A DNA stretch of 62,244 nucleotides, filler included, from Malassezia furfur (taxonomy: Eukaryota), in the NCBI GenBank assembly GCA_052055015.1. It is 24 parts of 24 records of this genome, joined end to end, with 100 filler letters (N's around TTAATTAATTAA, not from the genome) between each part and the next. Parts side by side here need not be neighbours in the genome. Positions count along the whole stretch, not along the records: positions 23,658 to 26,161 come from JBQJIT010000899.1; positions 26,262 to 28,764 come from JBQJIT010000900.1; positions 28,865 to 31,362 come from JBQJIT010000901.1; positions 31,463 to 33,957 come from JBQJIT010000902.1; positions 34,058 to 36,552 come from JBQJIT010000903.1; 19 more parts are not named here. The stretch is one strand, 5' to 3'. Below the pieces are notes generated by a model, which had not been told where the DNA came from, made no database searches, and was given only the letters and a program-made list of their open reading frames with translations. Positions 23,715 to 36,652 of this stretch are shown one piece after another (the stretch's first letter is position 1; each line of letters starts with the position of its first letter). The position numbers were made by a program, and so were the translations under genes.

Positions 23715-26161
23715 CTACGTCGCGTGGGTATATGCGCGGTCCACGTGGGTAATCAGGCGCACGCCGTCGGTGCGCCGCAGCACCACACACCGGTGGTGGA
23801 GCAGCTCGAGGTCGCGGAACCGCAGCGCGGGGCGCGCGGGCGCAAGGGGCGGGTAGTGGGGCGCCGAGGCGTGCATCCCGTGCACGCTCGCGAGTAGGTC
23901 GAGCGTCGCGGCGGGCGGCGGCACCGGCATCAGGTCGACGCGCGGCGCGCGCGGCGGCGGCGGACGCTCGGTGCCCTCGCCGCGTGGGCGCGGGGGATAG
24001 CGCGCGTAGAACGTCCGTAGCAGCTCGAGCGCCGCATCGACCTCGAAGGACTTGGCCTTGTTGCGGATGTACAGCGCCCACATCTTGGCCAGCGTCTTGG
24101 CATCCGTGCCGGCCGACGCGGCATTCGGCGCTGCGGCGACGAGCGCCTCGTAGTGCGCCCACACCCGGTCCGCAACGCCGTCCGCGTCGCGCCGCGCGCG
24201 GCTCGCGGCACATGCTTCCAGCACGAGCGCATGCGTGTGCCCATTCGGCGCGACACCGGCGTGCGCAAATACGCCGTCGGCGCCTTCGACGGCATCGACG
24301 AGCGCACGCAGCTGCTGCTCGGCGGGCAGGTGGTGCGTGAGCACCGCCAGGAACGCATTGAGCAGCCGCGGCGTGACCTCGACCGTGTGCAGGGGGTGCT
24401 CTGCCAGCGGCGCCTCCCGCGCACGTTGGTCGGCAAGGATGCGCGCCATCAGCGCCCGCGCCTCGCCCAGCACCTCCTGGGCGGTCTGCGGCATGGCATG
24501 CGTAAACATCGGCGGCTCCTCGTACTCGGCCGGCTCGGCGGCGGGGCGCGCGACCGAAGCGGGGGGGTCCTCGACGACGTCCGTAGCGACGTCCGTAGCG
24601 GTGGCGTTGGCAGCGGCCGCCTCGGGCGCCTCGGGCGCGCCTGGTTCGCTCCTGGCGCCGGCGGCCCCCGCCTCCGCCTGCGCGGTGCGAAGGCGGTGGG
24701 AGCGCAGCGGCGGTACATACGTCGCGTACGCCCAAAACACGTTGGCCATGGTCTCCTCGTTCACGTGGCAGTGCGCTTCGCCGTCGTACGTCGCACGCAG
24801 CATCTCGGCAAGCACCCAGCGCGCGGTGCGAAGGTCGCCGGTGCGCGCGCTCCCTTGCAGCAGGGCATTAAAGGTATAGGTATCGGCCCACATGGCGCGC
24901 TTCGTCTCGGGCGCGAGGATCTCTGTGGACTGGTCGAGCAGCTCGCGCACGAGCCGCACGGCGTCGCCATAATGCTCCTTGCGCCGCGCACACGTCAGAA
25001 TCAGACTGTCGTACACCTCCTTATTCGGCCGGATCGCATGCCGCGTGGTCATCTCGCGGAACAGGTCGAGCGCGCGCTCGGCATCCGCCTCGGGCGCTCC
25101 GCGCACCCGCACACCGGGCTGCGGCACACCCGCGGCGCAGGCGCGGATCATCAGCGCAAACGCCGCGGCATCGGGCACGGGGTGCGCGACGAGGCGCATG
25201 TGGTAGAAGAGCGACCAGGCGAGGCTGTGCAGGCCACGCACGGGGTGCTTCAGCAGGTGCTCGATCAGCACCGTGTACGCAGACACGGGCGCCGGCTCGC
25301 TCGTCTCCCACGCTTGGAGGTACTGCAGCGCAGAAAAGAGCTCGTCGCCGTACACGTACGCTTTGACCATGGCGTGCTTCATCGGCGCACCGGCCACGAT
25401 CCCGCGCTCCTCCATGCGCGCGCTCAGCGCCACGCACGCGTCGATCGCGCCGCGGTTCGCAAAGGCGTTCAGCACGTGCGTGTAGAGCGTGGGGGCCGGT
25501 CCGGGGCCGCTCGTCGTCATCAGGTCGAGCGTGTCGAGCGTCTGTGCGAGGTCGCCGTCGCGCGCGCACGCTACGGCCAACGCAGCCCATTCGTCCGCAG
25601 GAACGTCGGGCAGGAGCGCATCGTCGTGCGACGCCGGGGCAGCGGCTCCGGCGTCCGCATCGAGCAGCGACTCGACATCGCGATCGCCCTCGTCCGCCAC
25701 ATACGCGCGCAGGCGCTCGAGCATCTCGGCGCGGCGTGCGGCGCGCTCGGCGCGCGCCGCAACGTGCCGCTCAGCCCGCGCGGCCACGTCCGTCGATGCG
25801 TCCGGCGCGTCGACTGAGGCGTCCTGCTCGGCAGGGCGCTGCGCGTCCTCGGCCCCCTCGGCCACGGGCCCCTCGGCAGCATGGCCTGGCGAGTCTGCCG
25901 ATTGCTGTGCATCGCTGTCGATGCCCGCGGCCGCCTCCCCCGGCGCGTCCTGCGCGTCGAGCTCCGCCTGCATGCCGAGACGCAACGCGAGGCGCTCGAG
26001 GGCGCGCGGCGTCGGATCAGGCAGGCGCTTTACCTCGGGCGCCGTGGGGGCTTCGAGCAGGTCACGGTACATGGCCTCGAGCAGTGCGTCGTCCACGGGT
26101 GGCAGGTGCGCCGTGAGCCGCGCGACCTGTTCCTGCTTCTCCACAAACTGCAGCTCGCGCT
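23715..26161 (-). CDS. Pentatricopeptide repeat protein, Ccm1-like (5' truncated)
   Basis: PPR units (LYTHVLNAFA, AYTVLI, VYDSLILTCAR, YTFNALLQG) and AWSLFYHMRLVAHPVPD. Confidence 0.85.
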
Positions 26162-26261
26162 NNNNNNNNNNNNNNNNNNNNNNNNNNNNNNNNNNNNNNN
26201 NNNNNTTAATTAATTAANNNNNNNNNNNNNNNNNNNNNNNNNNNNNNNNNNNNNNNNNNNN

Positions 26262-28764
26262 CCGACCTGCCGCGCAACGCGCCGGACGCGGGCCGCGCCG
26301 CGCTCCGGCACGACGCCGGCGTCCGCATCGCCGCGCTCGCCGAGCGGCACGCCGCGTGCGCCGCGTTCGCCGCCGAGGCCGCGGTGCTGCGTGGCGAGCT
26401 GGACGAGGCGCTCACGGCGCTCGGTGCGCTCCTCGCGACGCACACACCCCAACTCGAGCACGTCCAGCACCTGCACGAGGCGGGCCACGTCCGGCGCATG
26501 CGCTCGGACCCCGTGCTGCGCGACGTGTACCGCGCGTGCAAGGCGGTGCTGGGCGAGGCGCAGCGCCGCGTGCTTGCCGAGCAGCGCGCACGCAACGCCG
26601 ACGCGCCAACCGCGCGTGCGGTGAGTACGTGGCTGTGGGCGCATCCGCTGGTGATGGCGCTGGCGCAGCCCGTGTTCCCGAAGGTGTGCCAGGCGATCTA
26701 TAGTGTGCTGGCGGCGCTGCGCAATCCTGTGGCGCACGTCGCGGCGCTCCGGGCATCGCTCGCGCCCGAGCGCGCGGCGCGTGCCGCGGCGCTCGTCGCC
26801 GTGGCGCTCGCGAACCGCGGCGCGGCCGAGGTCGGCGCGCGCATCGTGCTTGCCTCCGAGGCGGACGGTGTGCCGCTGCCAGAGCGCGCGGTGCGCCGCG
26901 TGCTGCGCGTGCTCATCGACGCGCATGGGCGGCGAATCGTGATTGCGTCGCTCATTGCGCTGCTCGACGCGCGCGGCGTGGCGCAGTGCGCGCCGCCGAC
27001 GCACCGCCTGCTCGCGCTGTACTACGCCGAGCAGGGCGACGCGGCGCGCGCCGAGGCGCGCCTCGCGCGCCTCGCGGCCGCGGGTGCGGACGTGGCGCAG
27101 CTGCAGCAGCACGTCGCGCTGCTGCTTGCCGCGCACGCGGGCGACGTCGAGCGCATTGCGCAGCTGTACGGCGCCGTGTATGCGCGCACCCTTGCCGATG
27201 CAATGGCCGACCGCGGCGCGCGCGAGGTCGGGCTCTATGTATACCACCAGCTCCGTGCGCATGCGCAGCGTGGCGATCTGCGCGGCGCGCATGCGCTCTT
27301 TGGCGCGTACGCCGCGCACCGCCGCGTGTCGGAGAGCATGTGCCACGTGCTGCTTGCGCTCAGCCGGCAGCACGGCCATGCGGACGCAGCGCTGCACCTC
27401 GTCGCGGAAATGGACGCGGCGCAGGTGCGCGTGTCGAGCTCGACGCTCGCGCAGCTCGTGCGGGCGCTCGGCGCGGCGCACCTGCCCGAGCGCGCCGCGA
27501 GCGTGGTGCAGTGGTACGCGACGCGCGGCGTGCGCATCGACCGGCGTGTCTATGTTGCGCTGCTCAACGCCTACGTCGAGGCCGGGCACTGGAGCGCCGT
27601 GTTTGGCATCTTCCGGTGGATGCAGGCGCAGGTGGACCCTGCGCTGCGCCCCGACGCCGCGGCGTACACCACGATGCTCAAGGCGCACATCCTGCACGGT
27701 ACGCCCGTGCACCAGGTGCTGCGCCTGCTCCATACCATGCGCACGCACGGGTTTGTGCCGGACGAGCGCGCGTATGCGCTCGTGCTGCAGAGCGCGTGCG
27801 ACGCGCGGCAGCTCGCGCTCGCCGAGTCGCTGTTTGCGCTGCTCGACAGCGCACTGCAAGCCACGCACGGCGGCGCGACGCGGCACCACTACACCATTCT
27901 TTTGCACGCGCTGCTCCAGGCCGGCGAGCTGCGCACCGCGCAGCACTACTTCGGCCAGATGCGCGCCGCCGGCCTCGCGCCCAGCCACGTGACCTACGGC
28001 GTGCTGATCAAGGCGTACGCGGCGGCGGGCGAGGACGTGGCCGCGGTCGCGCACGACCTGGCGCTGCAGCTCACCGACGAGGCGGCGCACGCGCAGCAGG
28101 GTGCCGCCGATGAGGCGCCCGTGCGCGGCGACGGGCCGCCGTTCGAGGACCTGCTCGTGCCGCTCATCCACACGCACGGCCGGCGCGGCGAGCTGGCGGT
28201 CGCCGAGCAGCTGTTTGCGCGCCTGCGCGACGCGCTCGCGCCCGAGCCGCCGTCGATCCGCGCGTGGACGACGCTGCTGAACGCGTACCGCTACGCCAAC
28301 GACGCGCGCGGCGTGCTCCGCGTGTGGGACGAGCTGTACCTGCACGTCCTCGAGCGCGCCGCGCCAAGCGGCGAGCCGCGCATGGGCGCGCACCAAAAGG
28401 GCATGCTGAGCGTGCCGCTTTCGGTGGTGATCTCGGCGCTGTCGGACGCGGGCCACTTCCGCAAGATCGCCGCCGTATGGGCGCGCGTCAAAAAGGACGG
28501 CTTTGCGTTCGATGCACAAAACTTTAACCACCTCGCCGTCGCGCTCGCGCGCGTGGGGCGCGTCCGCGAGGCGCTGCAGCTCATTGAGCACGTGCTGCCC
28601 CACCGCCCGCCCGCGCTCGAGGCCGCGGTGCACGCCGCGCCGCCGCCCGACACGGAGGCCGACGAGGCGCGCTATGCGCGCAACCCGCTGTACCAGCCGC
28701 GCGTGCCGCCGGCCGAGGGGCCGTGGGAGCCCCGCACGCTCGCGCCGCGGCGCAAGACGGACCC
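26262..28764 (+). CDS. Pentatricopeptide repeat protein (internal fragment)
   Basis: Many 35-aa PPR units (VYVALLNAYVEAG, AYTTMLKAH, HYTILLHALLQAG, TYGVLIKAY). Confidence 0.88.
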
Positions 28765-28864
28765 NNNNNNNNNNNNNNNNNNNNNNNNNNNNNNNNNNNN
28801 NNNNNNNNTTAATTAATTAANNNNNNNNNNNNNNNNNNNNNNNNNNNNNNNNNNNNNNNNNNNN

Positions 28865-28982
28865 TACGCGGCGGCGCGCCGTCGGCCGGCTCGTGTGTGC
28901 GCCGCGCGCGCTCCTCGCGCGCGCGCCGCAGCTCTGCGAGCTTGGCGCGCTTCGCCTCGATTTCCGCGCGCCGCGCCGACAT
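28865..28982 (-). CDS. Cytoplasmic dynein intermediate chain, N-terminal fragment
   Basis: MSARRAEIEAKRAKLAELRRAREER is the typical dynein intermediate chain N-terminal coiled coil. Confidence 0.75.
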
Positions 28983-29020
28983 GGTAAGCCACGTGGAGAT
29001 TGGGGCGCCTTCTTCCGACG
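28983..29020. promoter_or_regulatory. 38-nt bidirectional intergenic region (dynein intermediate chain / HIS3)
   Basis: Contains CACGTG at 28990 and ATTGG (reverse CCAAT) at 28999. Confidence 0.55.
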
Positions 29021-29708
29021 ATGGCGTTTGCGGTGCCTGTGACGCCCGAGACCGTGCGGCGTGCGACGCTGGAGCGCAACACGAACGAGACCAAGATCAA
29101 GGTGTCGCTTGCGCTCGATGTGCACCCTGAGCATGCGCCGCAGCGCATCCATGTGCAGACCGGCATCGGCTTTTTGGACCATGTGCGTAGACGGAGCGGA
29201 AGGCGCTGACGCAGATGCTGCATGCCCTCGCGAAGCACGGCGGCATGTCGCTGGAGCTGACGTGCGAGGGCGATACGTGGATCGACGACCACCACACCGC
29301 CGAGGACTGCGCGATTGCGCTCGGCCTCGCGTACAAGCAGGCGCTCGGTCCGATCAAGGGCGTGAAGCGCTACGGGACGGGCCATGCGCCGCTGGACGAG
29401 TCGCTGGCGCGGGCGGTGGTGGACCTGTCCTCGCGGCCCTACTGCCACGTCCACATCCCGTTCCAGCGCGAAAAGATCGGCGAGCTGAGCACCGAGATGA
29501 TCGAGCACGTCTTCTACAGCTTTGCGATCGAGTCGCGCATCACGCTGCACGTCGACCTGCTCCACGGCACGAACGACCACCACAAGGCCGAGTCGGCGTT
29601 CAAGGCGACCGCGCTCGCGCTCAAGGAGGCGGCGACGCGCACGGGCACGGACGACGTGCCGAGTACCAAAGGTTCGTTGCTTCGTGACTAACAACAGGCG
29701 TGCTCTAA
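29021..29708 (+). CDS. HIS3: Imidazoleglycerol-phosphate dehydratase
   Basis: [18 protein letters not shown] and NDHHKAE. Introns 29183-29214 (32 nt) and 29672-29697 (26 nt); the second restores the canonical PSTKGVL*. Confidence 0.97.
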
Positions 29709-30907
29709 ACCTTGCGCGTGGCGCCACCGACAATGTGGCTGCCGTGGCCATAGTGCGGGGGCTCGTAGACCGGCGCGGCCGCCGCCTCGGTGGTGGCCGC
29801 CCCGCGAGCAGGGGACGCCGCCTCGTCCGCGGCGCCGCTGGCGCCCAGGCCGCCCAGGAAGAAGCCGGTGAGCACCACCGCGCCGAGCACCAGCAGGCCC
29901 TGCTTCTCGTCGTCGTTGAGCGCGCGGCGCGCCGACGGGCGCGCCTTGGGCGGCACGGACTGCGCCGGCGTACTCTGCGGCACGGACTGCTGCAGCTCGG
30001 CGAGCACGGTGCGCAGCACGCCGTCCGTCGAGGCGCGCAGCTGCTCCACGCCGCTCTGCAGCGAGCGGTGCAGCGGGCGGGGCAGCATGTCCTGCGCCAC
30101 CGACGCGAGCACGCCGGGCGGCGCGAGCTCCGGCTCGGTGTCGCCGGGGAGCGTCGCGTTGTGCGACACGCTCTGCCCGGCGGCCGCCCCGCCGCCGACC
30201 GCGTGGACGCGCGGGGCGTGCGCCATGTGCCACGCATCCCGGTAGGAGTCGCTATAGTCGTGGTCCGCGGTGTCGACGTACGCCTTGATCAGCGGGATGT
30301 ACTGCTCGACGGGCGGCGGGGTGTACTCGGTGGGCACCTTGATGTTGAAGTGCTCCCCGATCGGCTCCGCCTTTTGCGCGGGGCGGCCGGGCGGCGAGGT
30401 GGGCTTGTGCGGCGCCGTGTCGCTGAGCGGCGGCGACGACTTGCCGAGCGAGCCGTCGGGCATCGCCGCGGGCGAGCTCACCGAGCCGGGCTCGAGCGGT
30501 GCGGCGGGCATCTCCTGCGCGGCGCGCTCGGCGGCCTCCTTGCCCTTGGGCGCGCGCGACGCCTTGCGCCCGGACACCTTGGCGAGCGACGGGTCGGCGG
30601 GCGCGGCGGTCGCGAGCGTCGAGCCGGCGCGCTGCACGTCGCTCTGCTTCAGGCGCGTGATCAGCTCGGCCTTGCGCCCGTGCGTCGCGAGGGCGCGCTC
30701 GCGCAGCAGCGCACGCAGCTCGGTCACGGGCTTCTTCTCGTAGGTCTCGGCGGTGAGCAGCACCGTCGACACGAGCGAGCGTGCGGGCACCGCGGCCGCG
30801 GGCGCACACAGGCCCGCGGGCGCGGCGGCAGCACGCAGACTCGCAACGGACGGCGCGTGCTTCACACGCACTTGGCTTGCACTCAGCGGAACGCGGCGGA
30901 GCATCAT
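29705..30907 (-). CDS. SAP-domain protein with a mitochondrial-type presequence and a C-terminal TM helix (Aim34-like)
   Basis: SAP motif VTELRALLRERALATHGRKAELITRL and hydrophobic LLVLGAVVLTGFFLGG. Confidence 0.75.
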   Translation of the reverse strand: MMLRRVPLSASQVRVKHAPSVASLRAAAAPAGLCAPAAAVPARSLVSTVLLTAETYEKKPVTELRALLRERALATHGRKAELITRLKQSDVQRAGSTLATAAPADPSLAKVSGRKASRAPKGKEAAERAAQEMPAAPLEPGSVSSPAAMPDGSLGKSSPPLSDTAPHKPTSPPGRPAQKAEPIGEHFNIKVPTEYTPPPVEQYIPLIKAYVDTADHDYSDSYRDAWHMAHAPRVHAVGGGAAAGQSVSHNATLPGDTEPELAPPGVLASVAQDMLPRPLHRSLQSGVEQLRASTDGVLRTVLAELQQSVPQSTPAQSVPPKARPSARRALNDDEKQGLLVLGAVVLTGFFLGGLGASGAADEAASPARGAATTEAAAAPVYEPPHYGHGSHIVGGATRKV

Positions 30908-30992
30908 CGGGGCCAGGAGCGAGCGCCGGCCGTAAACAGGCGATCCACCGCCCCGGCGCAGGCTTAGTCAGCACCCTCGCCCCGCCAGGACC

Positions 30993-31362
30993 ATGCCGCC
31001 GCCGCGCGCCAGGGCCGCGAAGCAGGTGCTCCCGCCGAACGCGCCCGCGGACCGCACGCGCGACCTGCCGCTCGCGTACACCGCGTTCCATGCGCCGTCG
31101 TTTGTCAATGCGAAAAGTAGGTCGCGCCCGCTCACGCAGACGTCTCGTCGTCCTACCTAAAGACCGAGGCACAGACCTGGATGTCGCGCAAGCGCAAGGC
31201 CGACGACGACGACGACGCGGCGCACTGCCTCGTGATCCACCTCGGCTCGGAGCATGTGCGCGTCGGGCGCGCGTCGGACCTGTACCCGACGACCGTGCCG
31301 TGTGCGCTCGCGCGCCGCCTGCGCGTGCGCAGCGACGCGGCCCACGCGCCGCCCGCGCCGTT
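30993..31362 (+). CDS. ARP8: Actin-related protein 8 (INO80 complex), 5' fragment
   Basis: YTAF..NAKNVSSSYLKTEAQ and LVIHLGSEHVRVGRASDLYP. 23-nt intron at 31117-31139. Confidence 0.8.
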
Positions 31363-31462
31363 NNNNNNNNNNNNNNNNNNNNNNNNNNNNNNNNNNNNNN
31401 NNNNNNTTAATTAATTAANNNNNNNNNNNNNNNNNNNNNNNNNNNNNNNNNNNNNNNNNNNN

Positions 31463-32064
31463 GGCACCGGGCGTCTGGGCGCGCTGCAGCGCTTGGGTGG
31501 CCGCGCGCTCACGCCGCGCCGCGAGCGTCGCGGGCACAGGCGCGCCGCCAAGACGCGTGCCGGGCGTCAGGAAGCCATCGCCCGGCCAGTAGCCAAGGCG
31601 CTGTGCGGCGTCGTACTCATCCGTAAGCTGCGCAAGTGTCGTATAGAACTGGGTATCGTGGGGACCGCGCACGTTGTGCGCGAGCTCGTGGAGCATGCTG
31701 CGTGAGCGTGCGGCGACGTACGTGCGGACGATCTCGGCGTGCTCGAGGAACGCGTCCGGGCGCGCCGCGTCGCGCAGGCGCAGGCAGATCTTGGCGCCGC
31801 GGTTGATGTTGAGGCCGAGCAGGTTGGTGCTGCGTGGGTACATTTCCGCGAGCACGGGCAGGTCTGGGTCAGCGCGCGTGACGTACGCCAGTGGTGCCGG
31901 CGCATGAGCCCCTGCACGGCCGCGCCGACCTCGCACAGCAGCGCGAGCGCGCGCTCGCTGTGCGCGTGCTGCAGCGCGACATACGTATGGATCGCGCCGC
32001 GCGCGTCCTCGTGCTTGTGCGCGCGCGCCGCGCCGGGGAAGCGGCCGCGGCCACGGCGGGGCAT
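31463..32064 (-). CDS. WSS1: WLM metalloprotease Wss1 (3' truncated)
   Basis: LAEMYP..LLGLNINRGAKICLRLR and MLHELAHNVRGPHD. Introns 31864-31886 (23 nt) and 31698-31721 (24 nt). Confidence 0.92.
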
Positions 32065-32105
32065 GCGAAATCGGCCGAGCTCCACACGCGCGGCGCGGCT
32101 CCCTC

Positions 32106-33957
32106 ATGACCGCGACGCGTGCGCGGCGGGCGCCCAAGGCGCGTAGCGCGAGCGCCAAGCGCGCGCGCACGCCCGAGAGCGAGTCAGAGCTGTCGTCGGT
32201 GCCGTCGGAGGACGAGGCGCCGCCCGCCAAGCGCGCGGCCGCGCGCGTCGATGTCGTCGAGATGGACGACAGCGAGCTCTTCCGTACGTCGCGCGTACGC
32301 TGACCCAGACGCGGTGCTTGCGCCCGACACGATCGACGCCGCGGCCGAAAACTGGGTCGTGGCGTTCCAGGACGAGCCGGAAGAGGCCCTTGCGCAGCTC
32401 GTCACCTTCCTGCTGCGCCTGTGCGGCTGCGACGCACGCGTCGACGCGCAGGCAGCGGCCGACGCCGACACGCTCGGCGACGCGCTCGCGCGCATCGAGG
32501 ACGCGTGGGCGCCGCACGCCACGTCCGTGTACCCGCTCGTGTCGCGCGCGCGGCCGCTGCGGCACGCACGCAAGCACGCGGCGCGCCTCCTCGCGCAGCT
32601 GCTGCACGACGCGGCCGACGCCGAAGTGCTCGGCGACGCGACGCTGCTGGGCGCGCTGCAGACGACCCTCGTGACGCTGGCCCAGTCGCCCCTGCGCGCG
32701 TTCCGGCACACCGCGACGCTCGTCACGCTGTGGGTGCTCGAGGGCCTCGCGGCGCAGCTCGATGCGACGCGCGACGCCTACCTCGTCGCGGAGCGGCAGC
32801 GCGCCGCCGAGGCGCACCGCACCGGCGCGAACCGCACGCGTGCGGCCCACTCGGCGCAGCGCATGGAGCACCTCGACACGCTGCGCGACACGCTCGACGC
32901 GCACCTCGACGCGCTCGTGCGCGACGTATGGACGCCGCGCGTGTGCGACGTCGACGCCCACATCCGCGCCGCGTGCATCGAGCAGCTCGGCACACTGCTG
33001 CAGCGGCACCCCATGCCGTTCGTGCAGGACGCCTACCTGCGCCCGCTCGGCGCGGCGCTGAGCGACCCCGATGGAGGCGTGCGCCTCCATGCGCTCCGCG
33101 CGGCACAGCACGTCTGTGTGCCGGCGCACGACACCGAGGCGCATGCGTTCGTCACCGCGCACGCCAAGCGCCTGCGCGACATGGCGCTGTACGACGTCGA
33201 GCTGCGTGTGCGCGTCGCGGCGTTTGCGCTGCTCGCCGCGGCCAACGCACTGGGCGCCCTCGCGCGCGACGACGCCCAGGCGCTCGCCGTGCACCTCTTT
33301 GACGCCGACGCACAGATCCGCGTCGCGGCCGCTGGGCTCGTCGCGACGCTCGTGGGCGACGCGCCGACGGACGCCGCGTCCGCCGCGCCGCTGGTGCGCC
33401 TCGTTGCGCAGTACGACGCCCAGCTCTCCGAGCAGCTGGCGCGTGCGCGCGGCGACGACGGCGACGACGACGAACGCGACGGCGACGACGACATAGATAG
33501 CGAGCTGCTCGACGCGGGCGCGGGCCGCGTCGGCGTCGCGGCCGACGCGCTGTGGGACGCGCGCGTCGACATGCAGGTCTGGCGGCCCTACCTCGACCTC
33601 GTGCTCGACGGCGCCGAGCAGCCCGCGCACGAAGAGGCCGTCGCGCTCGAGCTGCTGGTCGCCGGCGTTCGGCTCACGCGCACACGCAACGTCGAGGTCG
33701 ACGGCGTGCCCGCGATCGAGGCGTGCAGCGACGAGCTCGCGACGGCGCTCCCGCGGCTGCTCGCGCACTTTTCCGGCGACGCCGCGCGCCTCGCCGACGT
33801 GCTGCGCATCGTGCCGCACCTCGACCTCGGCGTGTACACCGAGCCGCGGCACGCACGCGCTTTTGACGCACTGTGGGACGACGTGTGTGCCCACCTCGTG
33901 CGGCACACGTCGCCGCGCCTGCTGCACGCCGCCGCACGCGCGCTCGAGCGCCTCGCG
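32106..33957 (+). CDS. STAG/Scc3-family cohesin subunit, divergent (3' truncated)
   Basis: ALAQLVTFLLRLCGC, YPLVSR, SPLRAFRHTATL and DVDAHIRAACIEQLG. 25-nt intron at 32284-32308. Confidence 0.85.
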
Positions 33958-34057
33958 NNNNNNNNNNNNNNNNNNNNNNNNNNNNNNNNNNNNNNNNNNN
34001 NTTAATTAATTAANNNNNNNNNNNNNNNNNNNNNNNNNNNNNNNNNNNNNNNNNNNN

Positions 34058-34375
34058 CGCGAGCTGCCCGCGCGCGCTCGCGCCGCACCCGTGCAGCGCG
34101 GCGGGGGTGCCGAACCACGAGAAGTGCGCGCCAGCCGCGAGAAGCGTCGCGCGGCCAGGCAGGGTGTGCTGCGTCCAGCGCGCGGCGTCCGGCGGAGCGC
34201 CGAGCGCGCCCGCGGCGGCCTGGCCGACGGCGAGCACGTTGTCGTCGCACGCGACGAGGCTGTGCGACACCGACGCAGCGACGGCGTGTGCGCGCAGCGG
34301 CGTGCGCTGCAGCGCGAACTTCGCCGCGTCCCCCGCGCGCGGCCAGCGGCCCAACGTCCACAGCGCGGCGCGCAT
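34058..34375 (-). CDS. RCC1-repeat protein, 5' fragment
   Basis: VAASVSHSL..VLAVG..GALG and LAAGAHFS..GCGASARGQL RCC1-like repeats. Confidence 0.6.
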
Positions 34376-34473
34376 CTGGTGGATTACGTAAGGATACGTT
34401 TGGGGGGTGGGGGCGCGCAAGCGTAAATTTCCCGGCCGGCCGGAGGCTGGCCCCCCCTTTCTGTATTACCAGC

Positions 34474-35319
34474 ATGTCCTTGTACGCCGCGGTGAAGGGC
34501 CTTGTGCCCGAGTCTGTGCAGCGCTTCACGCGCCCGATGCAGTCGTGGCAGCCCGGTGTGACGCCGTTCTCGACGTGGCCCGTCGTGCTCGGCATGAGTG
34601 TGCTGTACCTCGTCGTCGTGCTCGGCGGCCAGGAGCTCATGCGCAGCCGCAACCCTGTGCCGGGCAAGTACCTCAAGCTGCCGTTCCTGGTGCACAACGT
34701 GCTCCTGTCGCTCGGCAGCGGCCTGCTGCTCGCGCTGATGCTCGAGGACGTGCTGCCGTACGTGTGGGCCCACGGCCCACACGACTCCATCTGCCAGCTG
34801 GAGGTGACGACGCAGCGCATGGAGCTGTTCTACATCATCAACTACTACTTCAAGTACTGGGAGCTGCTCGACACCGTGTTCCTCGTGCTCAAGAAGAAGA
34901 AGCTGCTGTTCCTGCACGTCTACCACCACATGGCGACCGCCGCGCTCTGCTACACGCAGATCGTCGGCAAGACGCCCATGGCGTGGTCGGTTATTGCGCT
35001 GAACCTCGCGGTGCACGTCGTGATGTACGCGTACTACGCGCTCACCTCGATCGGCATCCGCTGCCCGTGGAAGAAGTTTATCACGATCTCCCAGATTGTG
35101 CAGTTTGTGCTCGACATCTACATCTGCTCGTGGGGTACGTGGAACCACTACGCCTACCTGTACTACCCGTGGCTGCCGTACTGGCGCTACTGCTACGGCG
35201 AGCCGTACGCCGCCTGGTCCGGCCTCTTTATCCTGTCCAGCTACCTGCTGCTCTTCATCGCCTTCTTCAAGACGACCTACAAGAAGCCCAAGGTCGTCCC
35301 CGCCAAGAAGACGAATTAA
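34474..35319 (+). CDS. Fatty acid elongase (GNS1/SUR4/ELO family)
   Basis: KYWELLDTVFLVLKKK, FLHVYHH, HVVMYAYY and a C-terminal KKTN ER-retrieval signal. Confidence 0.95.
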   Translation: MSLYAAVKGLVPESVQRFTRPMQSWQPGVTPFSTWPVVLGMSVLYLVVVLGGQELMRSRNPVPGKYLKLPFLVHNVLLSLGSGLLLALMLEDVLPYVWAHGPHDSICQLEVTTQRMELFYIINYYFKYWELLDTVFLVLKKKKLLFLHVYHHMATAALCYTQIVGKTPMAWSVIALNLAVHVVMYAYYALTSIGIRCPWKKFITISQIVQFVLDIYICSWGTWNHYAYLYYPWLPYWRYCYGEPYAAWSGLFILSSYLLLFIAFFKTTYKKPKVVPAKKTN

Positions 35320-35678
35320 AGGGGGACCACGCAGCGCGTGCCGGGCGTGCCGCCACGCGTGTCAATTTAGGGCATGTGACCAATCGCGGCACGCGCCGCC
35401 GTCTGCGCAGTGCATACTTCCCCGACGCGCCGATCCGGTGCGCGGATAGGGGAGCCGCGCCCGCCCTTCTCCGTCCCCAACGGCGGGGATAGCGGAGCGC
35501 GATGCATAGAACCATAGAATCGGTGGGGCGCGTCTCATGGGATCCACGTGGAGCGAGCGCACGGTCATGGCCGCGCGATGGCCGTAGCGGCGGCAGCGGC
35601 GCGGGGCGCGCACGCTGCACAGCCGCACGCAAACACGGGGGTGGGGGAGCAGCAGCACCAGACACAGCTACCAGCCTA

Positions 35679-36400
<722 letters not shown>

Positions 36401-36652
36401 GGTTGCTATATGCCTTGCCGCGCAGTGCAGGTACAGAGCGAAGGGCCCGCCACGGCCACGTCGCCCCTGCGCGCTGCGTGGCACTCTCGGCCGAGCGGCC
36501 GCCGCTTCTCCACCGACGCGATGGTCGCCCGCGAAGGCGAGCGAGACGCGCCNNNNNNNNNNNNNNNNNNNNNNNNNNNNNNNNNNNNNNNNNNNNTTAA
36601 TTAATTAANNNNNNNNNNNNNNNNNNNNNNNNNNNNNNNNNNNNNNNNNNNN

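Noticed and set aside
23715..28764. Two neighbouring PPR genes as a tandem or divergent pair
   Set aside because: They are separated by a spacer, with no evidence of linkage.
35365..35425. TTAGGG (telomerase template-like) and ATACTTCCCC (U1 5'-end-like) snippets
   Set aside because: These are single short matches. U1 needs ATACTTACCTG, and no other diagnostic elements were found.
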